A DNA stretch of 64,000 nucleotides from Acetivibrionales bacterium (GCA_050952225.1 JBMNKL010000001.1:238589-302588), one strand, 5' to 3'. Shown: positions 18,389 to 28,840, counted from the first letter of the stretch. Notes: generated by a model from the letters alone, not told the origin. Program-made: numbers and translations.

Positions 18389-19318
18389 ATGCTTGAAATC
18401 TTCAAGACGGTAAATAATGAAATAGTCAGGACAGATGCTTTCGAAGACGGTGTGTGGGTCAACCTGGTAAACCCGAGTGAAGAGGAAATCAATAAAGTCA
18501 GTTCAGCTTTAAATGTAGAGCACGATTTTCTAAGAGCCGCATTGGACGAGGAAGAAAGGGCAAGAATCGAAAGCGAAAACGGCCAGACGCTTATAATAGT
18601 TGATACACCGGTAACCGAGAAAGAGGACTCCTCGCATTTGTATACAACAATCCCCCTGGGCATTATATTGATCAAACACATAATAATAACGGTTTGCTTA
18701 AGCGGGGATACATTGCTGAATGATTTCTCGAAAAATAAGGTAAAAGCGTTTTTCACTCAGTACAAGGCAAGGTTTGTACTGCAGATACTCTACAGGAATG
18801 CTGCAAAATACTTGCAGTACCTGAGGCACATTGACAAAATAAGTGCCCGTATAGAGCAGGAACTGCATCAGTCCATGAAAAACAAGGAATTGATACAGAT
18901 GCTCCGCCTTCAGAAAAGCCTTGTTTATTTTTCGACCGCGCTGAAATCCAACGAAGTTGTGCTGGAAAAGCTGCTGAAGCACGAATATATAAAAAAATAT
19001 CCCGAGGATACCGAATTGCTCGAGGATGCAATTATTGAAAACAGGCAAGCCATTGAAATGGCGAACATTTACAGCAGCATTCTGACCGGAACCATGGACG
19101 CTTTTGCTTCGGTGATTTCAAACAACCTGAATATAGTCATGAAGTTTCTGACATCCGTGACTATTGTTATGGCTATTCCTACGATTGTATCGAGCTTTTT
19201 CGGCATGAACGTAAAACTTCCGCTGACAGGACCATTTTCCTTCTGGATTATATGTTTGATTTCGCTGGTGCTGTGCGTAATTACCGGGTTTGTTCTATAC
19301 AAGAGGAAACTGTTTTAA
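18389..19318 (+). CDS. corA: CorA family Mg2+/Co2+ transporter
   Basis: 309 aa with a cytoplasmic funnel domain and two C-terminal TM helices carrying the signature FFGMNVKLP (GMN motif). Confidence 0.9.
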   Translation: MLEIFKTVNNEIVRTDAFEDGVWVNLVNPSEEEINKVSSALNVEHDFLRAALDEEERARIESENGQTLIIVDTPVTEKEDSSHLYTTIPLGIILIKHIIITVCLSGDTLLNDFSKNKVKAFFTQYKARFVLQILYRNAAKYLQYLRHIDKISARIEQELHQSMKNKELIQMLRLQKSLVYFSTALKSNEVVLEKLLKHEYIKKYPEDTELLEDAIIENRQAIEMANIYSSILTGTMDAFASVISNNLNIVMKFLTSVTIVMAIPTIVSSFFGMNVKLPLTGPFSFWIICLISLVLCVITGFVLYKRKLF

Positions 19319-19339
19319 AAAGGTCATACAATTCCGATG

Positions 19340-19378
19340 GCTCCTTCTTTAGCTCAGCTGCATTGAAGGAGCTTTTTA
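19340..19378 (+). terminator. intrinsic terminator after corA
   Basis: GCTCCTTC ... GAAGGAGC hairpin followed by TTTTT. Confidence 0.7.
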
Positions 19379-19423
19379 TACCCGCTCGTCACCAATACTC
19401 CCGGTAAAACATGTCCGGTATCA

Positions 19424-19648
19424 TTACCTTTCGCATAAATTCCCCATGCCGTCGTAAAAGCTTTCGTCGGGCTTTCTTAAGATTCCCTGGCTGTCATAGT
19501 ATTCTTCATCTGCCCGTCTCAATATTCCCAGGTAATCAAAATAATCCTCGCCCGGTTCGCGCAATATTCCCTCTTTGTCAAGGTAGCTTTCCCCGGGACT
19601 TCGCAGATTCCCCTGCCCGTCATAAAACTTTTCCTTAAGGGAATACAA
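19424..19648 (-). CDS. 74-aa protein composed of five tandem 14-residue YD-like repeats
   Basis: TTG start with AAAGGAGAG RBS 8 nt upstream. Sequence: KFYDGQGNLRSPGES / YLDKEGILREPGED / YFDYLGILRRADEE / YYDSQGILRKPDES / FYDGMGNLCER. The unit is aromatic-aromatic-D-x-x-G-x-L-R-x-P-G/D-E-x. Confidence 0.6.
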   Translation of the reverse strand: MYSLKEKFYDGQGNLRSPGESYLDKEGILREPGEDYFDYLGILRRADEEYYDSQGILRKPDESFYDGMGNLCER

Positions 19649-19958
19649 AAAATCTACTCTCCTTTATTGTAATACAGTATATATTATATCACAGAAATCG
19701 GATGGTTTTCTTCCATTCTTGTGCCATCGTTTTTGTCAAACCGTACTCCCCCGCCTCATCGTTTTTTGTGCACAGATGTGCCGCCAGTTTGTCCGGCGGT
19801 TTCCCGATATTTTTTATTTCTTGATACCATATGGATAATCAGGCAATAAATTTGTTATAATCTCCTTAGCAGTCAAATCCGTACATGCCGTCCGGCTCCG
19901 CATTACCGCGCGGGAGCGGGATGGGCGACGGGATGCACGGTTTTCAAGGAGAGAAGCA

Positions 19959-20520
19959 ATGAATAACAGCGGAAAATTCATAAAAATTTCTATAACCGGT
20001 GATTTAGGCAGCGGAAAGTCTACCGTATGCAACTATCTTAAGGAACGTTACGGCTTGAAAGTATACTCTACAGGCCAAATACAGCGCTCGCTCGCAAAGA
20101 AGCATAATATGGACGTGCTGGCATTTAACAAGTTCATGGAAACACATCCGGAAATAGATGAGGAAATCGACGCCGAACTTGTAAAGCTGGGCAAACGTGA
20201 CGAAGATATGGTGTTTGATTCCAGAATGGCCTGGCATTTTGTGCCCGATTCATTCAAGGTATACCTCACGGTAGATATTGACGAGGCGGCCCGCAGGGTA
20301 ATGAAGGACCAAAGGGGAGAAGTGGAGAAGTACCCTGAGCGCCGACGCTGCCAGGGCGTCATTGGCAGCAAGGAAAAAAAGCGAGAATCTCAGGTATATT
20401 ACCAAGTACGGTGTTGACTGTTCAAACCTTGATAACTATGACCTTGTAATCGATACAACAAATATTTCGCCCGAGGAAGCAGCAGAAAGAATCATGTCGG
20501 AGTACCGGCGGCGCAGGTAA
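19959..20520 (+). pseudogene. cytidylate kinase-like P-loop protein, frameshifted
   Basis: N-terminus ISITGDLGSGKSTV (Walker A). After ...GEVEKY the annotated frame becomes arginine-rich nonsense and stops at 20417. The +1 frame continues LSADAARASLAARKKSENLRYITKYGVDCSNLDNYDLVIDTTNISPEEAAERIMSEYRRRR* to 20520. The shift lies at about 20331-20336, at a CCC run. Confidence 0.75.
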
Positions 20521-20534
20521 ACCGCCCGGACAGG

Positions 20535-20602
20535 GAGAGACATGGGGACAGTTACCTGAGACATGGGACAAGGTACCTGTTCTCATGTCTCTCTATTTTT
20601 TT
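20535..20602 (+). terminator. long-hairpin intrinsic terminator
   Basis: Arms GAGAGACATGGGGACAGTTACC / GGTACCTGTTCTCATGTCTCTC followed by TATTTTTTT. Confidence 0.7.
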
Positions 20603-20672
20603 CGCATGTTCCCAACCAATAGACCCCTTCATATTATGTACTGTTAGCTTATGTAAATTGAAGGGTGGTCAT

Positions 20673-21495
20673 ATGAATTCATTAAAGATAGGGGATTATG
20701 TGACAAGGAAATCCTATGGCGGCGATATTCAATTCGAAATTACCGATATAATAACCAGGAGCAACGGCAGACGGATATATATATTGCGGGGAGTGCTTTA
20801 CAGGATTATTGCCGATTCCGATGAAAGCGACCTCGAATGGAAAAACCCACAGGAAGTCCGGAACGAGATTGAAAGCAGAATCATGACAAGGGGTATGCAC
20901 CATGTGTCCCGGGGTTTTTCATTCCTCCGCAGTTTTCTGAGGGCAAGGGGCAAGCCCGGCACAATACTCCATATTGACTCAAGCGCGGATTTTCTTGAAA
21001 TGTGCCAAAACTACTACAGCGACGCAAAAATAAAAGCATACGGCCGCGTCATACCGGAGAGCGAACAGCCCGCAAGTATACGGCCGCTGCTGTCCGGGAC
21101 CAAGGCCGACATATTGATTGTTACCGGGCACGACGGCTTTAAGAAAGAACCAGTCGAAAATAAATTCTCTGGATAGCTACAGGAATTCAAAGTACTTTAT
21201 TCAATCGGTACAGGAAGCAAGGAAATATGAGAAAAGCTATGACAAGCTCTGCATATTCGCCGGGGCGTGCCAATCCTTCTATGAAGGCATAATTGAAGCA
21301 GGCGCCAACTTTGCAAGCTCGCCCGCGAGGATATTGATACACGCGCTGGATCCTGCCAAGGTCGGTGATAGAATAGCTCTTACGGATTCCAGGGTATACG
21401 TGACACAGGAGCAAATTGCAAAGCTGACGCAATCAGGCCTCAAGGGCATCGGCGGGATAAAGTCAAGAGGGCACTACATTGTTAATAAAAACTGA
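20673..21495 (+). pseudogene. yabG: sporulation-specific protease YabG, frameshifted
   Basis: Collinear with B. subtilis YabG: IGDYVTRKSYGGDIQFEI, ILIVTGHDGF, then in the +1 frame NSLDSYRNSKYFIQSVQEARKYE, IFAGACQSFYEGIIEAGANFASSPARILIHALDP, GIGGIKSRG. A single-base shift at about 21144-21148 (AAGAAAGAAC) separates the halves. Start ATG 20673 has an AAGGGTGG RBS. Confidence 0.8.
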
Positions 21496-21594
21496 AGAGT
21501 GCTATGGGACGGAGGACAAGTGACAAGGAGGCTGTATCCTTTCCGCCTTGCCCTTCCTGTCCCCCTGTCCGCTTCAGCATGTCCCCTATTAGCA

Positions 21595-23756
21595 CTATAT
21601 TTGCAGGTAGTTATAGATCATTACCGCGCTTTCTCCCCTGGTAATCTTGTCTTTCGGCCTGAAATCCACGTTTCCGCCTTCCACTATTCCAAGCCCGGCC
21701 GCAATAACCGCATAGCCTTCCAGTCCCGGGCTTATGCCGGATTTATCCTTGAAGCTGATATTGAAGATACCCTTGATATCGGCGACCCTGTCAAACTTGA
21801 GAGCCCGTATCAGGTATTTTACCGCTTCTTCCCTCGTTACGTTATTATCGGGCGCCCTTTCGTCCTCTTTTATGACTCCTTCTCTCATCAGGTATGCGTA
21901 TAATCTATTTATATCCTCGTCCGTTCTTTCCGTTATAACGGGCTCGTAATAATTCATGGTCTTTGAAAGCAGCGTCAGAAAATCCAGCTGCGTAATCAAC
22001 GTATCGGGTTTAAACTCCGTGCCTCCCAGGTGTATGCCGTTTTCGGCAAGAACCGTGATTTGTTTCTCGGCCGCATTTCCCTTAATGTCGGTATATCTGA
22101 CCCTCTCAGGCTCTTTGTATTCCGTTCCGTCGCTGTTTAGCAATTTACCGCTGTTTGCCCCGATAATGAACGGCTTGCCTGATTTTAACACGTACACAAG
22201 CATTGCCTTCGCGTTTTCCGGAACATCCGGCGGATAAATATTCTTCGGCGGCTTCCTGGTAATCAAATTTATATTGAAGCTCAAGCCCTACATTTTCAAA
22301 AAGTTTTTGGCAAGCCTCTCCGGCGCCGATAACCTGCTCTTCCGGGAACTCAATGTCGTACCAGTTCAAATTGAAGTTTATAATCATTTCATTTACATTA
22401 TCGTAATAAACGTTAATGCCGTTGTTCGGAAAAGGTATGCCGTTAACCAGCCTGGAATAAACAAGGCTGTACTCCCTTTCAGGCGCCGTACCAGTTATAT
22501 AGTCCTCGCTGGCTATCTTGTCATATTCCAATTGGCTATAATATTGCGGGTAATACCTTTTAAGAAACGTATCCACTTCTGCCTTCACCGCTGTCACGCT
22601 TTTTTTAGGTTTCGCTGATTCGGGCTCCGGAGCTCTCCTGTAGAAGCTGGTTATCACACCGGTTTTCGCGTCGATTGAAACATTGACATAATCATTCACC
22701 GCCGTTTCTTCCGCCGGCTTCCTGAAATTCAGCGACCACACATATTTGCTTTCCTCGGGCCAGCTGGTATTCAGGTTATACCCCTGCAGCTTATGGTTCT
22801 CGGAAATACCCAGGTATTCGGCTCTCCTGGCGATCTTTTCCGCATCTTCCCTGGAAATCAGCTTTGCCGCTTCCCGGACGGCTTCCTGTTCCTCGGGGCT
22901 GAGCTGAACTCCGCCTTCGCCAGCTCGCTTGTAGAGCCGCCTTCTTTTGCATCTCGGCCGTCGCCTCATCGGCGTAAACACCATAATAACCGCCTGAAAT
23001 CCTTCGCCTTTCACCGGTAAACGCGTCAATTCCATACCTGCTGTTTTCATAAATGGGGATATAAGCAAGATAAGTGTTTATCGCATCATCTTTTTTAGTA
23101 TACTTATAAACCAGCCGCATCCCAAGATTTCCGGCATAAGCCTGCTCCGCTTCCTCCATGGACAGAACTCCGTCCGGCGGCGGGAACGACTTGATATCCG
23201 ACCACTGGCGCGAATAATTCTGCAGCGCCCCGGTATCACGGTTTATGTTCACGTATACCCTGTCATTGTAAAACGGTATACCGTCAACTACCCTGTAATA
23301 ATTGAAATAATAACTGGAATCCATAATATTTCCCTGGTAATAATAATCTTCTTCCCTGAGCTCCTTCAAGAGCCCCGGCGCAATTAATTCAATATGCGCC
23401 TCGGCCTTTTCCCTGGCTTCCTGCCTGCTCAGCTTCGGCAGCTTTTTCGCTGTTTTGTAATCATCTCGCGAATATTTATTGTACTCGGTTATCATTCCAT
23501 TCTCGTCTATGCACACATATATGCTGGTTGAATTTATAGTATCCTTACTGTCCCAGCTTAGCCGGTATACCTGCTTACCGCCCGAAGTGCCGATGCTTGA
23601 GCTGAATTTGTAATCGTCGGGTATTGCAAATTTTGTTTTTGCAATCTTGATTGCGTTTTCAAGCCCCTTATCCATGCTTGCCGTCATGCCCCAAACAGGT
23701 GTCGCGAGCATAAAAATGAAAATAAGAGATAATAGAAGCGATAATTTTCTTTTCAC
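21595..23756 (-). pseudogene. secreted YcdB/YcdC (PepSY-like) repeat protein with C-terminal SLH domains, two frameshifts
   Basis: Three overlapping ORFs form one collinear protein: a signal peptide (KRKLSLLLSLIFIFMLATPVWG), repeated PepSY-like modules (YRLSWDS, YVCIDENGMITEY, VNINRDTGALQNY, VSIDAKTGVITSF), and two SLH-like repeats (YTDIKGNAAEKQITVLAENGI, FKDKSGISPGLEGYAVIAAGLGIVEG ... ITRGESAVMIYNYL). Frame changes lie near 22925-22965 and 22265-22275. GTG start at 23756 has an AAAGGA RBS. Confidence 0.7.
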
Positions 23757-23793
23757 CCGGATCAATCCTTTACATTGAATTTGTATTGCCTTT

Positions 23794-24965
23794 TCAGGCC
23801 AATACAATTAATATAGACGCGCTTAACCGGAAATACGTTCCAATTATATGGATACGTACAGAGTGATTATATCTTCTGTCCGCCAGGACAAGTATGCCCC
23901 CGCCGATTGGCCTTTCTTCCCCCTTGTACGACGGCCTGTTTACAAGCTTCCCTTCAAGAAGCATTTCCGTAGAGGCGCCGCCGTCCAGCATGGCTGCGTC
24001 CTTTACGCCGTAGTCTGCCAGGTATTCCGCCAGTTCCTTCCCGGTAAATCCGGCGCTGTACCCGGGCTGCCTGCCGTCCACGGTAAAGAGGATTACCGTT
24101 CCGTCCCATTTGACCCCGACGGCCGTCCTTGGGTCGCGGTTAGTCAACACCCCTACCCACGCATCCTTCTCCTTGACGACCGGCACGCCGTCCTTTACCA
24201 GCCAGCAGCCGCATTCATAAGCTTGCGTATCGCTGCTTATCTCAGGCTGGTGCATAAGTTCAACGGTATCGCCTGCCCTGACAGGCAGTTCTACCCCTGC
24301 GTACCGGCGCACGTCAAAAAAGGATATCAACATGCCGTTTTCCGGTATCCATGCCTCGGCGGGATAATCTGCAACTTTAGTTACCACGCCGTTCTCAACA
24401 GTTGCAGTAATATTTTTTACGTCCGCCCGGTTGGTCATGCCGTAAACGGGCGTATAAACGGCTGTTTGCTTTCCGCCGGCAGGAAAGTTCAGCTTGTCGA
24501 CAGGCAAAATAAAGGCCTCTTCCACGGTTGTGGCCGGGTTCGGTTTGCGGCTGCGGTTTCGGTATCGGTTCGGGGCTCTGCTGCCGGAGAACCCCTCTTT
24601 ACCTTGATGTATAGCTTGCTTTCGATTTCTCTAAACCCGGCTTTCCCGTCGCTTATGAGAAATACGGGATATTCGCCCGTTGACGCCGATATAATCTCGC
24701 CGTCTATAACGACCATCCCCGAAGGCAGCCCGTACTCGCGGAAAAAACCGCCGTTCACGGCGGCGTACGCATTTTTCCGCGATGCCATTTCGCTGAGCTT
24801 TTCAAAACCATATATCAAATCATGTGACAACACCGGCATTATCTTGACACCCGGCGCGCCGGGGTCTATTTCCAAAATGTTGATCTCCTGGTTCAGCCCG
24901 TTGATTGTTTCGGTCCGGTGAATATAGCTGACATGACTTTCAACCGCATCCGGCGTGTTATCCAC
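23794..24965 (-). pseudogene. phosphodiester glycosidase (DUF2233/NAGPA-like) family protein, frameshifted
   Basis: ORF 24489-24965 (INILEIDPGAPGVKI, AAVNGGFF, PSGMVVIDGEII) and ORF 23794-24525 (PRTAVGVKWDGTVILFTVDGRQPGYSAGFTGKELAEYLADYGVKDAAMLDGGAST) are the N- and C-halves of this family, in different frames, with the junction about 24525-24600. A TM/signal segment (MILIMSCTLLYAGLFLF, ORF 24893-25078) sits upstream in a third frame, so a second shift is possible. Confidence 0.7.
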
Positions 24966-25103
24966 AGGTTCCTGTGCGTACAGGCGGGGCTTCTGTCCGG
25001 CCGGCGGGCTCTGCTTCTGCCGCTCTTAAATAAAAAAAGCCCTGCATAAAGCAATGTGCAGGACATTATCAGAATCAAAGAATATGCTAAATACCTTTTT
25101 GAC

Positions 25104-25493
25104 TTAAATTTCTCCCGTTTTCTTCACTTTGCCTTGTGCCATGCCGTATTGCCCGGACAATTGCCTGTAAAGCGACTCTGCCAGGCCGAAGCTTCCCGTT
25201 TTTGACGCCTGCTCCATAAGCTGTTCGTCATACATGGATTCGAAAATACCGGTACCCGGATCCTCCTCGATCAGGCCGGATTTAATAACTGTCGCTTTCA
25301 TCTGTTTATAAAGAATATTAAGTACTATGGCTTCAAACTCCTGGCACGCCCTTTTCAGTTCCTTGTCGTCATTTTTTTGGGCGGCCTCTTCAAGCCTTTT
25401 GGCGAAGCTGTCGTCCTGGGCCCGGGCCGCCGCCCTCGCCGCGTCGCCGGTATAGCTGTCGATTAAATTGTTGCCTGTCATCACGATTTCCAT
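25104..25493 (-). CDS. flagellar rod-binding protein (FlgJ N-terminal domain-like)
   Basis: 129 aa. The ACQEFEAIVLNILYKQMKATV and FESMYDEQLMEQASKTGSFGLAESLYRQL patterns are typical of the rod-binding domain. No muramidase domain. Confidence 0.7.
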   Translation of the reverse strand: MEIVMTGNNLIDSYTGDAARAAARAQDDSFAKRLEEAAQKNDDKELKRACQEFEAIVLNILYKQMKATVIKSGLIEEDPGTGIFESMYDEQLMEQASKTGSFGLAESLYRQLSGQYGMAQGKVKKTGEI

Positions 25494-25530
25494 AGTGCCT
25501 CCGTCAATCCGCGGCTATATTATCATTCTA

Positions 25531-26332
25531 TTACCTTACCAGGTTGTTGGCAATACCAAGCATTTCATCCGATGATAATATCGCCTTGGAGTTCAGTTCA
25601 TACACCCTTTGCGCGACTATCAGCTTTATCATTTCCTCTACCGTCTTTACATTGGAAGACTCAAGAAAATTCTGTATAACCAGGCTTGTCTTTTCGGTTT
25701 CCTGAGCCATGACGGGCTCGCCTGACGCCGCGGTAGCCCTGTAAAGATTGCGGCCGATAGCCTCAAGGCCGTACCTGTTCTCGAAATAAGCCAGCCCTAT
25801 TACCTGGCCTGTCGGAACATTCAGCCCTTCTTCATCGATATAGCTCAATTCCCCGTTCTGAGAAACAATCAAGTCCGACAAGTCAAAATCTATGTAAATC
25901 GGAGCTCCCATATCATCCAGCACGGCATACCCGTCGGAAGTGGTAAGCATTTTGCCCATATCGGTGATGCTGATCTTGAAACTGCCGTCCCTGGTATAAT
26001 TTATCTCTCCGGTCGGCCCCTGTATCATAAAAAAGGCTTCGCCGTCAATATAGAAATCCAGGGCGTTGCCTGTTTCCTCGGGACTCCCCGAGTTCAAAGC
26101 TCCTGACCGTCGCCACCGCGGTAGTGCCATGCCCGACCTGGAGATTGACCGGCCTTCCCCCATCCGGAAGAACGCGTGCCCTGTCCATGGTTTCATAAAG
26201 CAGGTCCTTGAATTCCACCCGCTCCTTTTTATAAGCCGTGGTATTGACATTTGCAAGATTGTTGGCAATAACGTCAACGTTAAACTGTTGCGCGGTCATT
26301 CCTGATGCCGCGGTCCAAAGCGCTCTCATCAT
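25531..26332 (-). pseudogene. flgG: flagellar basal-body rod protein FlgG (FlhP-like), frameshifted
   Basis: The N-terminal ORF has [36 protein letters not shown]. After VRSFELG the frame shifts. Deleting one base of the C4 run at 26086-26089 gives ...[22 protein letters not shown] and continues to the conserved C-terminus LESSNVKTVEEMIKLIVAQRVYELNSKAI. Confidence 0.8.
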
Positions 26333-26357
26333 GATAAATTATCCCCCTAAATCGCAT

Positions 26358-27138
26358 TTATCTTACCGATCCTACCTGGTTTACAGCTTTCTCCAGCGTT
26401 CCGTCCATGGCCTGCAGTATTTTCTGGTTTGCCTCATATAAACGCAGCACCGTAATCATATCGACCATTTCACGTACGATATTAACATTTGACAACTCTA
26501 TAAAACCCTGCTGAACAGTTCCTGTAAATTCTGCAGTTACGGCGCCTTCATCCGCTCTTAACAGGTTATTTCCATGTTTTTTCAGCGCCGAAGTATCCTG
26601 GAATTCAGTTATAAGAAGCTTGTCGATTATTTCGCCATCCTGGGTAATCGTACCATCCTCGCTTACCGTAAATTCCCCGTCCTGAAGAACTATCGGCCCA
26701 TTCTCTCCCAAAACGGCATACCCTTCCCTTGTCACCAGCATATTATTGCTGTTCCTGCCGAAAGCCCCGTCCCTTGTATAGAACACCGTGAAATTGCCGT
26801 TTTCATCGGGTACGGCAATGGTAAAGAACGCATTATCACTATCCCTGATGGCCATGTCATAGTTCATTTTCCGTCTTGTTTAGCTGCCCCTGCGAATAGT
26901 AGGTAAAAACTTCGCCCACATCGCTGCTGTGCCGCATGGTTCCAATATCATCAGGTCTGTAAGACATGCCGTCGAAATCCTTGATCTTTTTTGTCATCAG
27001 TTCCGGAAAGCTCTCCATTACAAGAGTATCCTTTTTATAACCATTGGTGGCGGCATTTGCCATATTGTTCGATATGATATCCATCTTCTTTTCAATTGCC
27101 AGCATGCTCCACCCGGAGGTATACAAACCACGTATCAT
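26358..27138 (-). pseudogene. flagellar basal-body rod protein (FlgF/FlhO-like), frameshifted
   Basis: N-terminus MIRGLYTSGWSMLAIEKKMDIISNNMANAATNGYKK. The frame breaks at ...QGQLNKTENEL* and resumes one frame over as (N)YDMAIRDSDNAFFTI ... ELSNVNIVREMVDMITVLRLYEANQKI. The shift lies beside the A4/T4 run at 26867-26870. Confidence 0.75.
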
Positions 27139-27302
27139 ATGTACTCCTTTGCCCTGTTCGTCATAAATAAAGGCTGATCATATCTTAAGCTATATATATT
27201 ATCGGAAAGTTTTGCCTGCCGGCTTAATACCTTAATAATACAAAAAAGCCGGTATAACCCGGCTTCAAATTACCGGCATTATTGCCGGCAAATATTTAAA
27301 TC

Positions 27303-28343
27303 CTACCTTCCCCTGTATTTGCCTTCGGATATCGCGCTCTGCTCTATCGCTTCAATGTTGTTCAGCGCTTCGCCCGTTCCAAGGGCCACACAAGATATCG
27401 CTTCATCGGCTATAATCACGTTTATGCCCGTCTTTTCCTGGAGCAGCTTGTCCAGGCCATATACAAGGCTTCCCCCGCCGGTCAGGACAATACCCCTGTC
27501 GCTTATATCGGCCGCAAGCTCCGGCGGCGTTCTTTCAAGTACGGCGTGTACCGCTTCTATTATGTTTGACATGGGCTCTTCCAGCGCTTCCATCATTTCA
27601 GTGGAGGTGACAGAAATAGTTTTCGGAAGCCCGGAAATAAGGTTTCTTCCCCTTACATCCATGGCAACTTCCTGCACTCTCGGGTAGACAGTCCCAATAT
27701 TGATTTTAAGCTCTTCCGCTGTCCGCTCGCCAATCATTATATTATGCTTTTTGCGCATATACCTTACGATTGCCTCGTCAAACTTATCTCCGGCAACTTT
27801 AATCGATGAAGAAACAACAGTGCCGCCAAGCGAAATAACCGCAATATCGGTTGTGCCGCCCCCAATATCCACCACCATGCTTCCGCAGGCCTTGGATATG
27901 TCAATCCCGGCCCCGATGGCGGCCGCTATCGGCTCCTCGATCAGGTAAGTCTTCCTTGCGCCGGCCTGCATGGACGCATCTATCACGGCCCTCCGTTCAA
28001 CTTCGGTTACGCCGCTTGGCACGCAAACCATGATCCTGGGCTTGAATAATCTGAACAGCTTATTGCCGCATATTTTATTTATAAAATACTTAAGCATCCT
28101 TTCCGTTATGTCATAATCCGAAATAACGCCGTCTCTTAACGGCCTTATCGCTACTATATTGCCCGGCGTTCTTCCAAGCATCCTGCGTGCTTCTTCTCCT
28201 ACCGCCAAAAGCTTGTCCGTATTTTTGTCAATAGCCACAACAGAAGGCTCACGGAGCACTATGCCCTTTCCCTTGATATAAACCAGGACAGATGCCGTCC
28301 CGAGATCAATGCCAATATCCAGACCCAAGCCCAATAAAAACAC
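27303..28343 (-). CDS. mbl: rod-shape-determining actin homologue MreB/Mbl
   Basis: 346 aa with DIGIDLGTASVLVY (phosphate 1), VVDIGGGTTDIAVISLGG (phosphate 2) and GIVLTGGGSL (adenosine). It occupies the syntenic position after spoIIID, as for B. subtilis mbl. An alternative TTG start is at 28334. Confidence 0.92.
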   Translation of the reverse strand: MFLLGLGLDIGIDLGTASVLVYIKGKGIVLREPSVVAIDKNTDKLLAVGEEARRMLGRTPGNIVAIRPLRDGVISDYDITERMLKYFINKICGNKLFRLFKPRIMVCVPSGVTEVERRAVIDASMQAGARKTYLIEEPIAAAIGAGIDISKACGSMVVDIGGGTTDIAVISLGGTVVSSSIKVAGDKFDEAIVRYMRKKHNIMIGERTAEELKINIGTVYPRVQEVAMDVRGRNLISGLPKTISVTSTEMMEALEEPMSNIIEAVHAVLERTPPELAADISDRGIVLTGGGSLVYGLDKLLQEKTGINVIIADEAISCVALGTGEALNNIEAIEQSAISEGKYRGR

Positions 28344-28651
28344 CCCTTTATTAACCTGTCTATAGAATTTGCCTGTTTGCCCGTAAATGAATATTTATGT
28401 TCAATTTGCTTGTTTGCCAGTAAAAATTTGCTAAACTTGCAAAACCTTAAATTAATATTATCATAATAATACAATTATGCAACATGCAATTATGTATCAT
28501 TTAGTTTCATATATATTAAAAATATATGATTATTTAAAAAATAAGACGAGCAATTACTTTTGCGCGATTAAGCAAAATAAAAAGTTGAAATCAGTATTTA
28601 ACTTGATCCAACTTTGACATGGAAATATGAAATAAACATTTATGGCACAGG

Positions 28652-28806
28652 CTATACAACTCTTACATTCCCGCCCTGATACTTCGCTTTCGTCGCTTCT
28701 CCACCTCTGATATGCCTCTCTGCCTTGTTCTCCTCGAGCACTGCCCTTACACTGCCGGCAAGTTCGGGATTTACTTTAAGAAGCCTCTCAGTGACATCCT
28801 TGTGTA
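28652..28806 (-). CDS. spoIIID: spoIIID 3' segment (codons 38-87 of the reconstituted gene)
   Basis: Minus-strand reading gives ...(I)HKDVTERLLKVNPELAGSVRAVLEENKAERHIRGGEATKAKYQGGNVRVV* with stop at 28654-28652. This matches the C-terminal half of SpoIIID (B. subtilis ...STVHKDLTERL...RHLRGGEATK...). It has no start codon or RBS of its own. Confidence 0.85.
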
Positions 28807-28829
28807 TTGTGTTCAGCATCGGTGTCGGT
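28807..28829. repeat. element-end inverted repeat (recombinase-proximal end)
   Basis: Plus strand TTGTGTTCAGC-ATCGGTGTCGGT. The last 12 nt are the perfect reverse complement of 31972-31983, and the whole 23-mer matches the other end at 18/23. Confidence 0.75.
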
Positions 28830-28840
28830 TTTGTTACAGT

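Noticed and set aside
20545-20583. Apparent ~21-bp tandem direct repeat (GAGACATGGGGACAGTTACCT / GAGACATGGGACAAGGTACCT)
   Set aside because: It is part of one long imperfect hairpin (22-nt arms) followed by a T tract, that is, an intrinsic terminator, not a repeat array.
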